This document shows positions 13,571-27,700 of a DNA stretch of 43,000 nucleotides, piece after piece. This DNA comes from Takakia lepidozioides (taxonomy: Eukaryota; Plantae; Bryophyta). Made by a program: the position numbers and the translations under genes. The notes beneath the pieces were generated by a model. It saw nothing but the letters and a program-made list of their open reading frames with translations. It was not told where the DNA came from and did no database searches. Where the stretch lies: NCBI GenBank assembly GCA_030704615.1, contig JAKLZA010000148.1, positions 1 through 43,000 of the forward strand, given 5' to 3'. Each line of letters begins with the position of its first letter. The stretch's first letter is position 1.

Positions 13571-14563
13571 TGTCGCGCGGCTTTTACTCACCCATCCTTC
13601 GCTATCCGAGGCGGAAACTCCAAGATAGAAGAGTTGGAAATCTCTAAGTACTCAGCCCGCGCAGAACAATCAGTCATGACCTACAGCTAGTGTATCATGG
13701 GGGTGTTTCCTATTTGTTTCCCTTTTCCGCATTCATCTTAGCTACCTTACCATTGATAATTAAGTATCAGTTTGCTTCATCAATTTATCGGTTTCCTCAA
13801 CTCCTCCATTCAATCCACAGCTTCACTCAGATCTCTCTACACAGTGTGATTGTATCGTATAAGTATCAGATTATGATTTATCAGGTATCAGGCCGAAGCC
13901 ATTGTGTCTCTAATCTGCTCTACAATATCACTACTAGCTTTGCATATAACAAGCATCTACTAATCCTCTTTTCTCCTTCATCGTGCTCTCCGATCTCCGC
14001 TCCGCCTGTCTCCGAAGTCCTCCCCGAATAATGATCCCCTTCCTATTCCCCGTTCTTCCCTTTATCCTCCTATCCGCGGTTCTAACCGTTTCCCTCTCTA
14101 ACCGTCGTATGTGAACTAACATGTTCCCTTCACAGGTGTTGTTCCCCACAGTCGTTCCCTGTCCTACTCTTCGTTCCCTATTATCGTGACAGCTGTGTCA
14201 AGCGGTGACTGGCTGTGTTTGGCTGTGTCGGGCTGTGACTGGCTGTGTGGCTGTGTCCGGGCTGTGACTGGCTGTGTGGGCTGTGTCTGCTGTGACGACT
14301 GTGACGGCTGTGTTGGGCTGTGACGACTGTGTTGGCTGTGTGGGCTGTGACGGCTGTGTCGGCTGTGTGGGCTGTGTGGGTTGTGACGACTGTGACGGGC
14401 TGTGTTGGCTGTGACTGCTGTGTCGGCTGTGTGGGCTATGTAACCCCCCTCTACAGTGCGCTGCTGTCACCCCTAAGGTTCCTGTTTGTCTCAGTCTGTG
14501 CAAAAATTAAGGGTACCCTACAGATCCCGTATAAGTGTCTAAGTCCCCTACAGTCCTCTAACA
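13571..14563 (-). repeat. 5' LTR of element 1
   Basis: Direct repeat of 1159-2165 with TG...CA ends, adjacent to the PBS. Confidence 0.95.
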
Positions 14564-15432
14564 GCTCTCTTGCTCACGCTCACGCTCACGCAGAAGTCAC
14601 ATCCGTTTCAGTGTGATGAGTCCAGTGTTGCACCCTCAATACACGCAGCTAGTAGGATTCGGGCACGTCATGGCCTCAAGACAGACTAAGAAGACACTCT
14701 GCAGAGAGGAGATGTGTAGTGGAGCAACGAGCAGAGCGGAATGAGACTGAGGCCGGCGGAATTGGATATCATTGCTCCACCACCAACGTGGTATGGGGCA
14801 AAACTCAAATTTTCTCACACATGTTGGTATATTTATTGCACACATACGCCACAAGATTCAGCATAGTTTGCAATTGCCAGTCTCGGGCCCCATTTTGGGG
14901 TCAAGCGTCCTACATTTTGGCGCCTTTGATGCCTTCACTACGGCCAAATCACCCGACACCTTCTGGACATGGATGCCCAATTTTTGTGCCATTATCAGGG
15001 AACATCACCCATTTCGGGAAAACTGTTATCTACGGTTGCATGTCCACATTGCATGTTGGAAGTTTGGAAACCACGATTCTAATTCCGCGGAAGAGCATTC
15101 CTATGGGGCTATTGCGACGCCGTTACAGCCGAAATTGTTATTTTCCCATGAGCTTGGCTGGTGGTCCATGAACGGAGGCGCAAGCTCATGAGCGAGTATT
15201 GTTACCCATGAGCAGAGTATTTCGACCATGAGCGCGGAAATGTTTGAAAATAAAAAATTTATTGCCAGAAATTAATAAATAATAATAATATTTTTCAATT
15301 GTTTTTATTGTTTTTTCTCTTAAAAAATTCTGTCGTTATTGGTAGTGTGTTGCGTGGCGGCTCATGGCTCATGCATGGCCGTTCATTGGCTCAAGCGCTC
15401 ATGGCTCATAGGCTCATGGAATAGCAATCCCC
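14564..15432. mobile_element. Terminal fragment of a related TIR DNA transposon
   Basis: Ends GCTCATGGAATAGCAATCCCC, matching the TIR type at 28923 and 41450. Has CATGAGC/GCTCATG subterminal repeats and an A/T-rich tract like that at 29000-29035. Directly abuts an RT remnant. Confidence 0.7.
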
Positions 15433-16435
15433 TAAGTTCATATACCCGATAGAGTACACAACTTGGCCATTGTGATAGTTCCAAAGAAGAATGACTTATG
15501 GTGTCACTTCACCACAAGGGCTACTGCCTTCCAGCTGAAAGGTGGACACTTTCATGAAACACCAGACTGTGGTTTGAACCCACAACCACATCCAACATGG
15601 TATGTGCCCATTACCACTGGGCTACATGCTGGTTGTCTTGTGTTAACTACAAGAAACTGAATGATTGCACAAAGAAAGATCCATTTCATTTGCAATTCAC
15701 AGAAGTTGTGCTAGATATTGTAGCAGGCCATGAGATGTATTCATTCATGGATGGCTTTAGTGGGTATAACCAAGTACAAGTAGTTGAAGAGGATCAGGGA
15801 AAGATTGCTTTCATTACTGATTGGGGTGCTTATGCTTACAAAGTCATGCCTTTTGGACTTTGTAATGCACCAGCAACTTTCCAAAGAGTAATCAGTGAAT
15901 CTTTCCATGAGTACTTGGATGATTTCATGCACGTGTTCTTAGATGATTTCAGTGTTTACAGCTCTAAGAATGAACACTTACACAAATTAGAGTTATGCTT
16001 AGCCAAATATTGCAGGGTGAGAGGCCTTGGGTTGAATCCAGAAAAATGTACTTTCTGTGTGAACTCATGAGTTCTTCTATGACACATTGTGTGTTAGAAG
16101 GGACTATTTGTGGACCCTAAAAAGACAGAGGCTATCAAAGCATCTCCACCACCAGCTAATGTTAAGGCTCTAAGGAGATTTCTTGGACAAACCAGTTATT
16201 ATAGAAGGTTTGTCAGACCATATGCATAGAAGGCTGCACCATTGAACAAACTCTTGAAGAAGGATGCAGTGTATGCATGGTCAGCTGAATGCCAACAGGC
16301 CTTTGAGGATCTTACATTGTCAGTAACAACTCCACCTGTGCTGATTAACCCCCATTGGCATATGGTATTTCATGTACATTGTGATGCCTCAGGAGAAGCA
16401 CTGGGAGCTGTGTTAGCTCAAATGTTTATGGGAAC
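15433..16435 (+). pseudogene. Older Gypsy RT-RNase H remnant of a related family
   Basis: [59 protein letters not shown]. Contains in-frame stops near 16068-16100 and an unrelated ~135 bp insert at ~15497-15635. Confidence 0.9.
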
Positions 16436-17336
16436 TGTCGCGCGGCTTTTACTCACCCATATCTATTCTCGGAGAGCCTAAAAAAAGAGAGGAAGATCAG
16501 CATCTAAGTACTCAGCCCGCGCAGAACAATCAGTCATGACCTACAGCTAGTGTATCATGGGGGTGTTTCCTATTTGTTTCCCTTTCCGCATTCATGTTAG
16601 CTACCTTACTTGATAATTAAGTATCAGTTTGCTTCATCAATCTATCGGATTCCATCAACTCATCCATTCATTCCACAGCTTCACTCAGATCTCTCTACAC
16701 AGTGTGATTGTATCGTATAAGTATCAGATTATGATTTATCAGGTATCAGGCCGAAGCCATTGTGTCTCTAATCTGCTCTACAATATCACTACAGCTTTGC
16801 ATATAACAAGCATCTACTAATCATCTTTCCTCCTTCACCGTGCTCTCCATCTTTGCTTCCGTTCTTCTCTCCGCCGATCCCCTCTCATGCATGACCAAGA
16901 AGTCCTCCCCCCTGAAGTGCTTCCAAGAATCCCCCCTTCTCAGTCCTTGCTTCTCCCTTTATCTTCCTACCCGTGGCTCTAACCGTTTCCCTCACTAACC
17001 GTCGTCCGTGAACTAACATGTTCCATTTGCAGGTGTTGTTCCCCACAGTCGTTCCCTGTCCTGCTCTCCGTTCCCTATGGTCGTGACAGCTGTGTCAAGC
17101 TGTGACTGGCTGTGTGAAACTGTGACGGGCTGTGACTGGCTGTGCGACTGTGTTGGCTGTGACACGGGCTGTGCTGTGTGGCTGTGTGACGACTGTGTTG
17201 TTGTGACAACCCTGTGTAACCCCCTCTAGTGCGCTGCTGTCACCCCTAAGGCTCCTGTTGGTCTCAGTCTGTGCAAAAATTAAGGGTACCCTACAGATCC
17301 CGTATAAGTGTCTAAGTCCCAGACAGTCCTCTAACA
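16436..17336 (-). repeat. 3' LTR of element 2 (diverged variant)
   Basis: TGTCGCGCGGCTTTTAC...GTCCTCTAACA. Differs from the other LTRs at ~16460-16500 and ~16840-16960. Confidence 0.93.
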
Positions 17337-17373
17337 TTACCCCTTCCCCTCTCAAAAAGCGTGTCCTCACGGT

Positions 17374-20300
17374 TTACTGATTGCGATTAGCAAACCTTTG
17401 TGAGTGAGCACCTTTTCTGACGTTGAGAGTTTCGTGGCGGACTGTGTGTACGAGCCCGAGGTCTGTCACTGGTTGACGGAGATGTTTGAACACTACCTGG
17501 ATAAGTGAGGCCCTCTGGAGGCTGATATCGAGGTAACCTTTCAGGCATAGGAGACCCCCGTCGCTTCTTCTCTGCCATCTGAATTGCATAGTCTTCTCCC
17601 ATGTCAAAAGAATCCGCTGAAGAAACAGTTGTATCAGAATCCTCATCGCCTCTCAGGTGTTTTAATTGTCGAACTTTTTGTGGAATCCTCTGGGGCATAC
17701 AATGTTGTCCTACCATGTCTGGAAGTTTATATTTTACAACTTGCTGTAACGCTGAACAGCAAAATTGGTGAGACACTGAGCTCCTTGTCTGTCCAGGTGA
17801 GTGGGGTACCAATTACTTGTGCACCGTGCAAGTATTTCCATGCCACATGTCCCTTATAGAAAATATCATCAATGCCGAATTTCTGTGTTGACAAATTGTT
17901 CCAGGCCGCTTGAAACCATGAACGAATTTGAGAATCCTTTTGCATCATAACTTTTGCCTCATATAGGTACATATGAGGTGGCACTGAAGGTAAGACCCAA
18001 TGATCCCCACTGGATAACTCAGAAAGCGCGCTTGCATCTTGTGCTGCTCAATGTGATAACGTACCAGAAAACAAGCAGCGTAGTATAACCCGCATCCCAT
18101 GACAATACTTGCTACCTCCTTGGTCTTGGTATAAATGAATCCATGTACAACTTGGAAGGCAATTAATTCCTTCAACATTGTACTGCCTCATGCCAGTATT
18201 GTGCAAAGTGATGATCCTCAATTGTCGATTGTTCGGAAGAACTTTAGTCCTAGTTGCCACTGGCAGCCAAATGCGCATGATTTGGTAGTAATGTGCGAAT
18301 GACTGCGGAGGACTAAATTCTTTCCAAGCCAAATCCAACATGATGGGAATTTGGTTGAAGGGCATAATCATAGCCCTACTGTACTCCCTTGCAGGAGTTT
18401 TAGGTGGGTTAAAAGCAGCATTGCCCCATACCTCAGGCTGTGGTGGCTGTGGTGTGTTGTAGTAACAACAGGTTCAGCTACTGGTACAGTGACTTGTTGT
18501 GGTGTTGGTGGTACTGGCTCTTGTATCATTGGCATCTCCTGCACCTCCTGTGAAGACTGAAAAGCCAAAGTTCTGGCTTGTAAATAAGAAGCCATTAGCT
18601 GTTAGGGATATAGACTCTTTTGTCGATATTTGAAGTGAGGTCCTCCACTTGAGTCTGCAGTCCGTCTACATCCTCCTGTAACTCTGCTATCCTACTATAG
18701 ACATTGTCTATAGTAGTTGTGGCAATGTTCTGCACTTGCAGTCTGAGCTCATTCATCTCGCTTTGGGTGAGCTTTCGTGGTGCTTTGCCCTCCACTGGCC
18801 CTTGTGCTAACCAGACCTGCATAAGGTGTTATCCACCAAGTTGCTTGTGGTTCCTGAGAGTGTGCTCCTCTCTGAGTTTGTACACTTCTAACTGCTGTTG
18901 TAAAGCCTCCATGCGCTTCGCATGAGGTTCAACCAAATTCGCATAGGCAGCAAGTAGATTATTGGCTTCCTTCCAAGCCTTGTTAGTGACCGAGATTTCA
19001 TTTCTATTGGCCATGACGTTTGTTGCAACTCCAGGATGTGCTTCTCTTGATCAGCTTCAACTGCCTGTATTGCTTGAAAGTATCCTCATTGCGACAGATT
19101 GTATTCTTCATATCGACAATGAGTTTCATTTGCTCAACATTCTCTGCTTCTGCCTTCGTACATTTTTCCGCTTGACTGTTTATTTCTTTTGTAGATTGGT
19201 CAAGCATAGTTGTGAGTGTAGCACATTGTATGCCATCCTGTCATGCACTGTCTGCAACTCCGTATGTAGTGCATTCACTTCTTGCAACTTGCTTTCATGC
19301 TGCACCTGCATTTGGTATAGCTGTTGCTTATGTGCTTCGTGCAACTGGTCTTGCGCGAGGCCTGCCTCAATCAATTGTTCCTTGGCCAATTGCAAAGCCG
19401 CTTCTGTATTTTCCAAGTCCTGCTGCATCTTGAGAGTGACCTCTTCATCGACCTTGTTTGCACACTCAGTGGCTAGTCGAGCCTCAAACTCCTTCCTGAG
19501 TTCCTCTCTCAAGGCTGTCAATTGGGTAGTTGGAACATGGGATTTGACATAAGTCCCCAACAAATTAAGTGTCCTGCCTATGGAACTCATCAGCATTGCC
19601 TGTTGAGGGTCATCATGGTGAGGTTGCTGCTGTTCCTCCTGATCCTCAACAGTGTGATGTCTCACGAACCACTCAGGCCATTGTCCCACCAGATTTTCTT
19701 CCTGAACCACTTCATCCATCACCGGTGCTGCAGTGTCTTGACATTCTACCTGTGGTACCTCCGACACAGGTGTGTGTATTATATGCACCTCAGGATTTCC
19801 CTTGGGCAACTGTTGCACCTCTGGAATCTCTGTCTCCTTGACCAGACCAGAATATTCATAGAGAAGGTCCCCTTCTCAATTTCTGCCACTATCTGTTCTG
19901 TAGTTGGAGGAATATCTAACCCTTCTTTTTCAAATCAATTTTTCTGGTTGAGCTGCATGGACAACTTGTAACCTTGTGACAAGCCGATCACTGGCTGTGA
20001 TGGCTGTGAACTGAAGTAACTTCCTCTTCCCTCTCTGAAGGTCCTGCTGCTTCCAGTAATAGCATTCTCTGTGCTGCTGTGCCCCTTCCTGCCATGAGCT
20101 TGGGAAACATTATCATGCGGATTCCGTGAAGCCAGTGGATCCGCCACTACAGTCTTTCCCCGCCTCTGCCTCTTAGTCTCGGGTTGCCCTGCTAGTCCAC
20201 CCTCACTGTGTGAAGAGCCTTGCTCTTCCATTGCAGTGGTTTCTGGCTCAACACTCCCATCTCCTTTCTTTGCGCATCAAGTATGCCAGAATCAAGAATT

Positions 20301-20895
20301 ATTTGAGCAATGATTGGGCCAGACCTATGATAGGAGACTTTGCGTAGTACCCTGTAATCTTTTCATCTCCTCTACCAGTGCGTTGTACATTATGTCCGCC
20401 CATTCTACCTCTTGTCCTCTCAGGGCTTTGAGTATTTCCTCCGTGAAGGATCTGCTCAAATACTGTTGGTTCTGTTTCATGGCAAAGAACGTTCAATACC
20501 TGGCCTACCTCCTTTAGCCCTGGGTACACGGCCTTGGTACAAGCATAACCTGAGTTTTAAAGAAACTCCCTTCTTGAATAAGTCCCCTATTTGCAGTCTT
20601 GCCCTGTGCTCCTCCACATGCACCTGACCTGCTGGCAATCGAAACAATTGCTGTAGGTATAGGGGAGTAACTAATTAATTCAACTCCCTTCACCGTTGTT
20701 GTTCCTGTCCTTGGCTCAAGTTCTGCAAGAATTGTAACATGTACTGTCTATGGTGCAATGTCCAATCTTGCTTTGCAATCCTTGCAAATCTCAGCTCCTT
20801 CAGTATCTGTATCGCCTGTGGGTAGCAATCGTTTGTTTCTGCAGAATTGTGGTGCTCTTCACCCTGATTTCCTCCATTCCTCTCACTCTCTTCAT
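17374..20895 (-). CDS. Additional 3' ORF region of element 2 (frameshifted)
   Basis: Homologous to 2180-5743, e.g. MQVWLAQGPVEGK, PHHDDPQQAMLM, MIMPFNQIPIMLDLAWKEF. Confidence 0.7.
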
Positions 20896-21746
20896 TTTAG
20901 ACCCACAGAATGTTTTTGGCTGTAACAACTGAGAAATGCCTGTAGTGCACAAAGCATAAACGTATGGTTGCCACAAAAAGCTATGGGTAATTTCTTGTAA
21001 GCCTGTGGGGCTTGCAAGCATCGATCAAGAGAAAAGCTCCGCTCTGTTCTTTCGTCCTATGCCACTGCGTAAGTAATATTGCGAGCGTATAGTCTGTTAG
21101 TTCCTCCATAGTTTCAAAGCTATAGCATTGATGGTCTGTCCCGTCGAGACGCCCGTTACTCAGAACGACGCCGCCTCTTGCGCTTAATTTCCCTCCAATT
21201 TTTGATCTTTCTCTGGCTTTCTATTGGCTGTACCCGCTGTGACTGGATTTTAGATTTATTTTCTTTAGTGGACTTTCCCTGTTGGATAGTCCACTAGGAT
21301 CACACATGTGACAAGAATTTCGCTTTTCTGTACTTGCCGTTTGTTCCGTTCCCTTTTTCCGTATTCATTAATGGGCCCGCCTTTCATCCAATTTGACGCG
21401 CTGATTAGGTATTTGACGGCCATTCTTGTCCTCTTTCTTGATGACACTGTTCTTGCACTTCCTTCTCAGCTGTGTGTCGCGCCCTGACTTCCACGTGTCT
21501 ATTTTAAACTGTTTTCCGTCTTTTCTTCCGTCAGCCATTTTCCTGAAGTTATTGCGTCCACCTGTCACTGATTCTATGGATCGTGTACCCTAGTAGGCTG
21601 TGTTGAGCTGTGACAGGCTGTGTCATACTGTGGTACGCTGTGCCATTGCACTGTGGTAGCTGTGATAGGCTGTGGTGGTAAGGTGACTGTGTCACGTTGC
21701 TTGGGCTGTGTTCCTTGTCCGCCCGCCCTGGTCATATATGCTTGGC

Positions 21747-24700
21747 CTAGCGACAAGTGCTCCATACTCCGTTGGTAACACTGGTGCAGCCCGTGACTGC
21801 TCTTTGCGTTTCAACATGCAAATCATGCTGCAAGGGTTTGTCATGGATACCACTGTACCCCTTCAACTTATTGCATTGACTCTTTCCCAGCATTTCTTTG
21901 TTAATGGTTTGTAACATGGCGGTGTTGTTATCATACATCTTTTGTATGACATAAGGTCCTTTCCATGGTGATTTAAGCTTAGAAGCTTTAATCTTTCCTT
22001 TCTTCTGCAACCATAGAACCAAATCCCCCGTCTTAAAAGTCTTTAACTTGCCTTCATCAAACTGTTCCTTCTCTTCATCTGAATTCTGGTCATATTATCA
22101 GCTGCATCAGCACGTACTTCTTCCACATGGTATAATTCATGTTTCCTGACCTTAATGGAATCTTGCAATTCCATTCTCTTTCCCCATCCGTTCTCATGGT
22201 AGGTAACAGGAATTCCACTGGAAGTAAGGCTTCCATACCATAAACTAATTGGAATGGTGTATACTTAGTGGTGACTTTATATGAAGTCCTGTATGACCAC
22301 AAAGCTGTCAGCAGCTTTGTATCCCAATCCGTTCTGTTTGCATTGACTATCTTAGCCAAGATAGTACATAGTATTTTGTTGGTAGCCTCTGCCTGCCCAT
22401 TACCCTGTGGGTAATATGTTGTACTCTTTCTATGCACAATCATGAACTCTTTAGTCAACCTCAATGGTCTCATTCATGAAGTGACTTCCCTGATCACTGA
22501 TAAATTCTAAGGCAAATCGTGTAAGTATGTTCTCATACAGGAACCTTGCTGTGGACTTGGCTGTGTTGTCCCTCAAAGCTTTAGCTTCCACCCACTTCGT
22601 AGTATAATCAGTGGCTGTAATTATGTACCTGTTTTGTGTATTCTTGGCTGGTGGGTTAATTGGTCCAACAAAGTCTTCCCATTGTAGGATGCAAGCCATC
22701 TTCCAGATCTCTGCAAAGGTCCTAGCCTCTGACATTCATCACAACTCTGACAATACTTGTACATCTTTGAACAAAGTAGGCCACCAGTAACCTGCGAGTA
22801 GTATCTTCCTACTGGTAGTCTTCTCCAAAATGACCTCCAGCCACTCCTTTATGAACTTCCTCCAAAACTTTATTTACTTCATGGTGGTACAAGCATCGTT
22901 TTAGTACTCCATCAGGTCCTAGCTTATACATTCTGCTTCCTACCATAGTATAAGGTAAAGCTTTGATAGCGATTCTCTTCCTCTGCTCCTTACCATAACT
23001 AGGTGGGCACTGACCATGAGCAAGGTAGTATCTGATTGGCCACTGCCAATCTAACCAGTCATCTGCACTTCCTGCACCTCCACTGCAAATAGACTCGCAT
23101 CTGGTAATTGATCATCTATTCCTGTGGCTGGTTCTCCTGTTGATAACGTGACAAGTGATCCGCCACAAGATGCAGCTCCCAGGCTTGTAAACAACCTCGA
23201 ACTCAAACTCGTGCAAGATTATCAACCACCTTGCTATTCTTCCGCTTATCAGAGGTTTGTTTACCAGGTATATCAGAGCCTGGTGATCCACATAGAACAT
23301 AAACTTCTTGCCCAACAGGTAATGCCTGAATTTCTTCACTGCATAGATCATTGCCAATGCTTCTCTTTCCGTTGTGCTATAGTTCCTTTCAGCACTGTTC
23401 ATCAACCTGCTAGCATAGTACACAGGTGAATCTATATTTCCTGTAACATTCTGGGCTAACACCGCTCCCAACGCTTCTCCTGATGCATCGCAGTGAACAT
23501 GAAATACTACATGCCAGTGAGGGTTAATCAGCACAGGTGTAGTTGTTACTGACAGTGTAAGTTCCTCAAACGCCTGTTGACATTCAGCTGTCCATGCAAA
23601 CTGCATCTTTCTTCAGAAGCTTGCTCAATGGTGCTGCTATTTTGTGCATACCTTTTGACAAATCTTCTGTAATAACTGGTTTGCCCAAGGAATCTCCTTA
23701 GACTCTTAACATTCACTGGTGGTGGAGAGGCTTTAATGGCTCTGTTTTCCTGGGATCCACAAGAAGTCCCTTCTTACACACAATGTGTCCCAGAAGCACC
23801 CCTGAGTTCACACAGAAAGTACACTTCTCTGGATTCAGGCCCAGACCTCTCATCCTGCATCTGGCCAGACATAACTCCAATTTATGCAAGTGCTCATTCT
23901 TAGAGCTGTACACACTGAAATCATCCAAGAATACCTGCATGAAATCATCCAATACTCATGAAAAGATTCACTTATCACTCTCTGAAAGGTCGCTGGTGCA
24001 TTACAAAGTCCAAAGGGCATGACTTTGTATGCATAAGCACCCCAGTCTGTGATGAAAGCTGTTTTCCTTGGTCTTCTTCTGCCACTTGCACTTGATTATA
24101 ACCACTGAAGCCATCCATGAATGAGTACATCTCATGGCCTGCCACAGTGTCTAATACTGCTTCTGTGAATGGCAAAGGGAAAGGATCTTTCTTCGTACAA
24201 GCATTCAGCTTCTTGTAGTTCACACAAACTCTTAGTTTACCATTCTTCTTGGGAACTATCAAATGGGTGACAACCAAGTTGTATACTCTATTGGGTATAT
24301 AAACTTAGCCTCAGCCAACTTCTTGATCTCTTCTCCAACCTTCTGTGCGTAGTTGGGATTCATTCTGTACCTCGCCTGCTTGATTGGTACTGACCCTGGT
24401 TCCAGTTCAATCTTATGCTGACAGACTTCAGGTGGTATCCCTTTTAGATCCTCATAGCTCCAAGCAAATACATCTCTGTATTTGATGAACAAGCTTTTAG
24501 CTTCTTCAAAGAATTCTGGCTCCAAATCAGCTCCTACTTTCACCATCCTCGGTTCCTCTTTAGTTCCCACATTCACTTCCTCACCTGCTCATCAGCTGTG
24601 ATTGTCCAACCAGTCACCACTTCATCCTGTAAGCTCACAGTGGCTGGTTCCTCTAGGATTTCCATTTCTCCTTCTCTTTCTTCATAGAAATGTGATGGGT

Positions 24701-27700
24701 AACTGCTGGTTTCCTCTTCAGTTGGTGTTGCTGTCACTACACCACAGCAGATACCTCTTAAACAACTTAGGCTTTCCAGCCGCATCTCTGCAACCTGCTC
24801 CCACTCTGGGTGTGCAGCAAATAGGGTAGCTTCCTGCTCCTCATCCAGTCCTCCTCCAGTCATACTCTCTGACTCCTCGAGGTCTTCTTGTAGCAGGTAA
24901 TCTACTAGATTTCTTTGTGGTAATTTGTATCTCGTGTATCCCATTATGCACGGTTAGTAACTGAGAATTCCAGTCATGGAATACCCTGGCCTGTTTTCAG
25001 CCACGGACGTCCCAATAATAAGGAGTAAGCCTCCATGACTTCATCCATCTTCAACACAGTTACTGTGATCATAAAGATCATCTTCTGTATCTGTATCTTA
25101 ACTCCTCTTATTAATCCCAATGGCTGTACACTTCTTTGATCTGCCATTGTTACTGTAAATGGGGCTGGTTTCATGTTACTTAGACCAAGCTTCTTCCTTA
25201 ATTGGTCTGTCATGATATTTACTCCAGAACCTCCATCTATCAGTACATCAGTTAGTTCTGTGCTTCCAATTCTCAATTGGATTACTGGCATAGAATCATC
25301 AAAGTCCATGACTGTTTCTCGCCCTTCCGGCTTCACATTATAACTGGTCACCTTGCTGTTCAGGTCTGTGTTTCCTGTCTCCTGGGCAATTCGATTGATT
25401 GCTTGATACAGCCTGTGCCTACAATAAGGTGCCACAGCCAATAGCTGTCCAATGGTAATTTCTGCTTTGGTCTGGCATATTACTTCTTCAGCCAAAGTCT
25501 CTTCATTACTTTGCATGTCTGCATCTTCTTTCTTCCTTTCATCCTCACTCCCTTCTTCTTCTCCATCAGAATCAGAGGAATCTGCCACAGGAATATCAGT
25601 ACTCTTCTGCATTTCCCTTATGGTATCTGCCACTTCCTTGTGCAGTTCCTTCTCATCTCTCCAAGCCTCATCATCTTCAGGCATATCACTGCCACCTTCA
25701 TTATCATCTTCTTCCTCTACTACTGGAGGTATTAGTTTGGCTTTACTTCTTGTTACTATCATTGTACTTACTTCTGGTACAACACATGGCCTAACCATGT
25801 GAGCTGCCACCACTGGGCCCTCATTCACAGGAGCTCTCATCTCATTCTGGTGTCTAATCCAGAATGAACAGGCTGCCTTGCGATGTCCTGGCTGATTACA
25901 ATAGTAACATAGTTCTTCACCATTGGGTCCTCGCCCTTGGTCTGTTCTTGGATTATTTCTGTAATCCTGATTCCCGGGCTGGTAATTCCCCCTTGGATTA
26001 CCCTGATAGTTGCCTCTGGAATTTCCTTGGTAATTCCCTCTTGAATTACCTCTCCCTTCCATGCCATTGTTATAACCACCAGACCTACCATAGTGGTCCT
26101 GATCATTGTTTCTTCTTGGCTGGGCACCTGATGCACCCTTACTTGCCTAGGTTCTCTTGCAGCTGTCCTTCTGTTGTAGTAACAATTCTCAGTAGAATGG
26201 TTATCCATTTTACAGATAGTACAGTGTTTCTCCTTCATGTGGCATTCTGTGGTGGTATGGCCTTCATTCTGGCACTTTGCACACCAAACACCCTTCCTCC
26301 AATGTGTTGCAGCCTCTGTGGCATACTTCTTCAAGATTTCTTCCAATCTTTTTTTCATAGTTATCCCTCTTCAACTTCTCTTTCTCTTACTCTTCTTTTT
26401 AGTTCTTGCTCTTCTTCTTCATCTGACTCATCCTCAGAGTCCTCATCATCCCTTTTCTCTCTCCTGAGCATTCCCAATTGCTCAATTCTGTTTGCAGTTT
26501 CAAATGCCTCCTCCACTGTATTATGGGGTAACATATCCACTTTCTTTTGCAACTCTGGTCTTAGTCCACTCACAAACCAAGTCTTCTGTAAACCGGGTGC
26601 TGGTACTGCAGCCAGCTTTTTCATCATCAATTCCATCTTTTCCATATACTCCTCAACAGTTTCATGCTTCTTTTGCTTTAACTGTTGTAAACTTCCATAC
26701 ACTTCATCCTCAGTTTTACTTGTCCTGAACCTATTTCGAATGCTGTATTCAAGCCATTCCAGGTTAGGAAATGATTATCAGGGAATCTTGCATACCATTC
26801 ACTTGCTTTCTTGATAAGTGAACAAGGAAACAATCTCATCTTGGCATCATCGCCATATACACATGTGCTCAAATTGGCTAATGTGTACATCGGGATCCCC
26901 TTTTCCTGAATATATTGGAAAGGTGGTTTTGCCCGTGTTGGTTGTAACGCCATCTGTGGCCCTACCTTCTGCCCACTGACAGGTGCTGGCACCCTTGCTG
27001 GTGCTGGTCCTTCTGGACCTGTTGTTTTTTGTGGTGGATCTTCCACCAAGTGGTGGCCCTTGAGCACTCCCTGCTTCTGGCCCCACGATATTCACAGTAT
27101 TCCCAGCTTCAGTTGCACTACTTCCCACACTCCTGTCCCCCCAGAGCCAGATCCAGGCAGCCCGCCTGATCCCCCTGAGCCGACACCTTCGTTGGCCTGT
27201 GATCCAAGTGCTCCACTTGATCCAGGTCCAACGGGTTGGGATGTCCTGGTTGTAGTCTCAACCTCAGCTGTTGGGTCTACTTCTTCATATTCTTCCTCTT
27301 CCAATTTCTTCTCTCTGTTTTCATCCTCCAAGTTCTGCCCTTGGGTTTCTTCTTCACTCATGTAACTCAACTGTAATGGTGTTGGAGAGTCTGAACTCTC
27401 CGTTGGCTCTGCCACATCCTCTCTCCTTCTTCACCTTCCGCTTCAGAAACTGGAGTTCCTGCTTTTGGTGTTCCATGCCAACTCTTATCAAAGATTTCTG
27501 TCAAATCTTTTATCCAGGGATGTACCTCAGATCTTTCACCTCGTGATTGATCTTCTTCCTGTACCAATTCCCTTAATCTTTCTTGCAAAGAAACAGAAGG
27601 AGTGGCATCCAACTCTAGTTCTTCCGGTATGGGTGATGTACTCTCTTGATCTTAATGGTGTGAGAGGTCCAGATGATTCCCCTATGTCTATTCCTCTCTC

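Larger units (their letters stand above)
1159..14563 (-). mobile_element. Ty3/Gypsy LTR retrotransposon (non-chromovirus, Tat/Ogre/Phygy-like), element 1, ~13.4 kb
   Basis: Two ~1 kb direct repeats with TG...CA ends (1159-2165, 13571-14563), PBS, PPT, and gag-PR-RT-RH-IN order on the minus strand. Extra ORFs lie 5' and 3' of gag-pol. No chromodomain seen. Confidence 0.95.
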
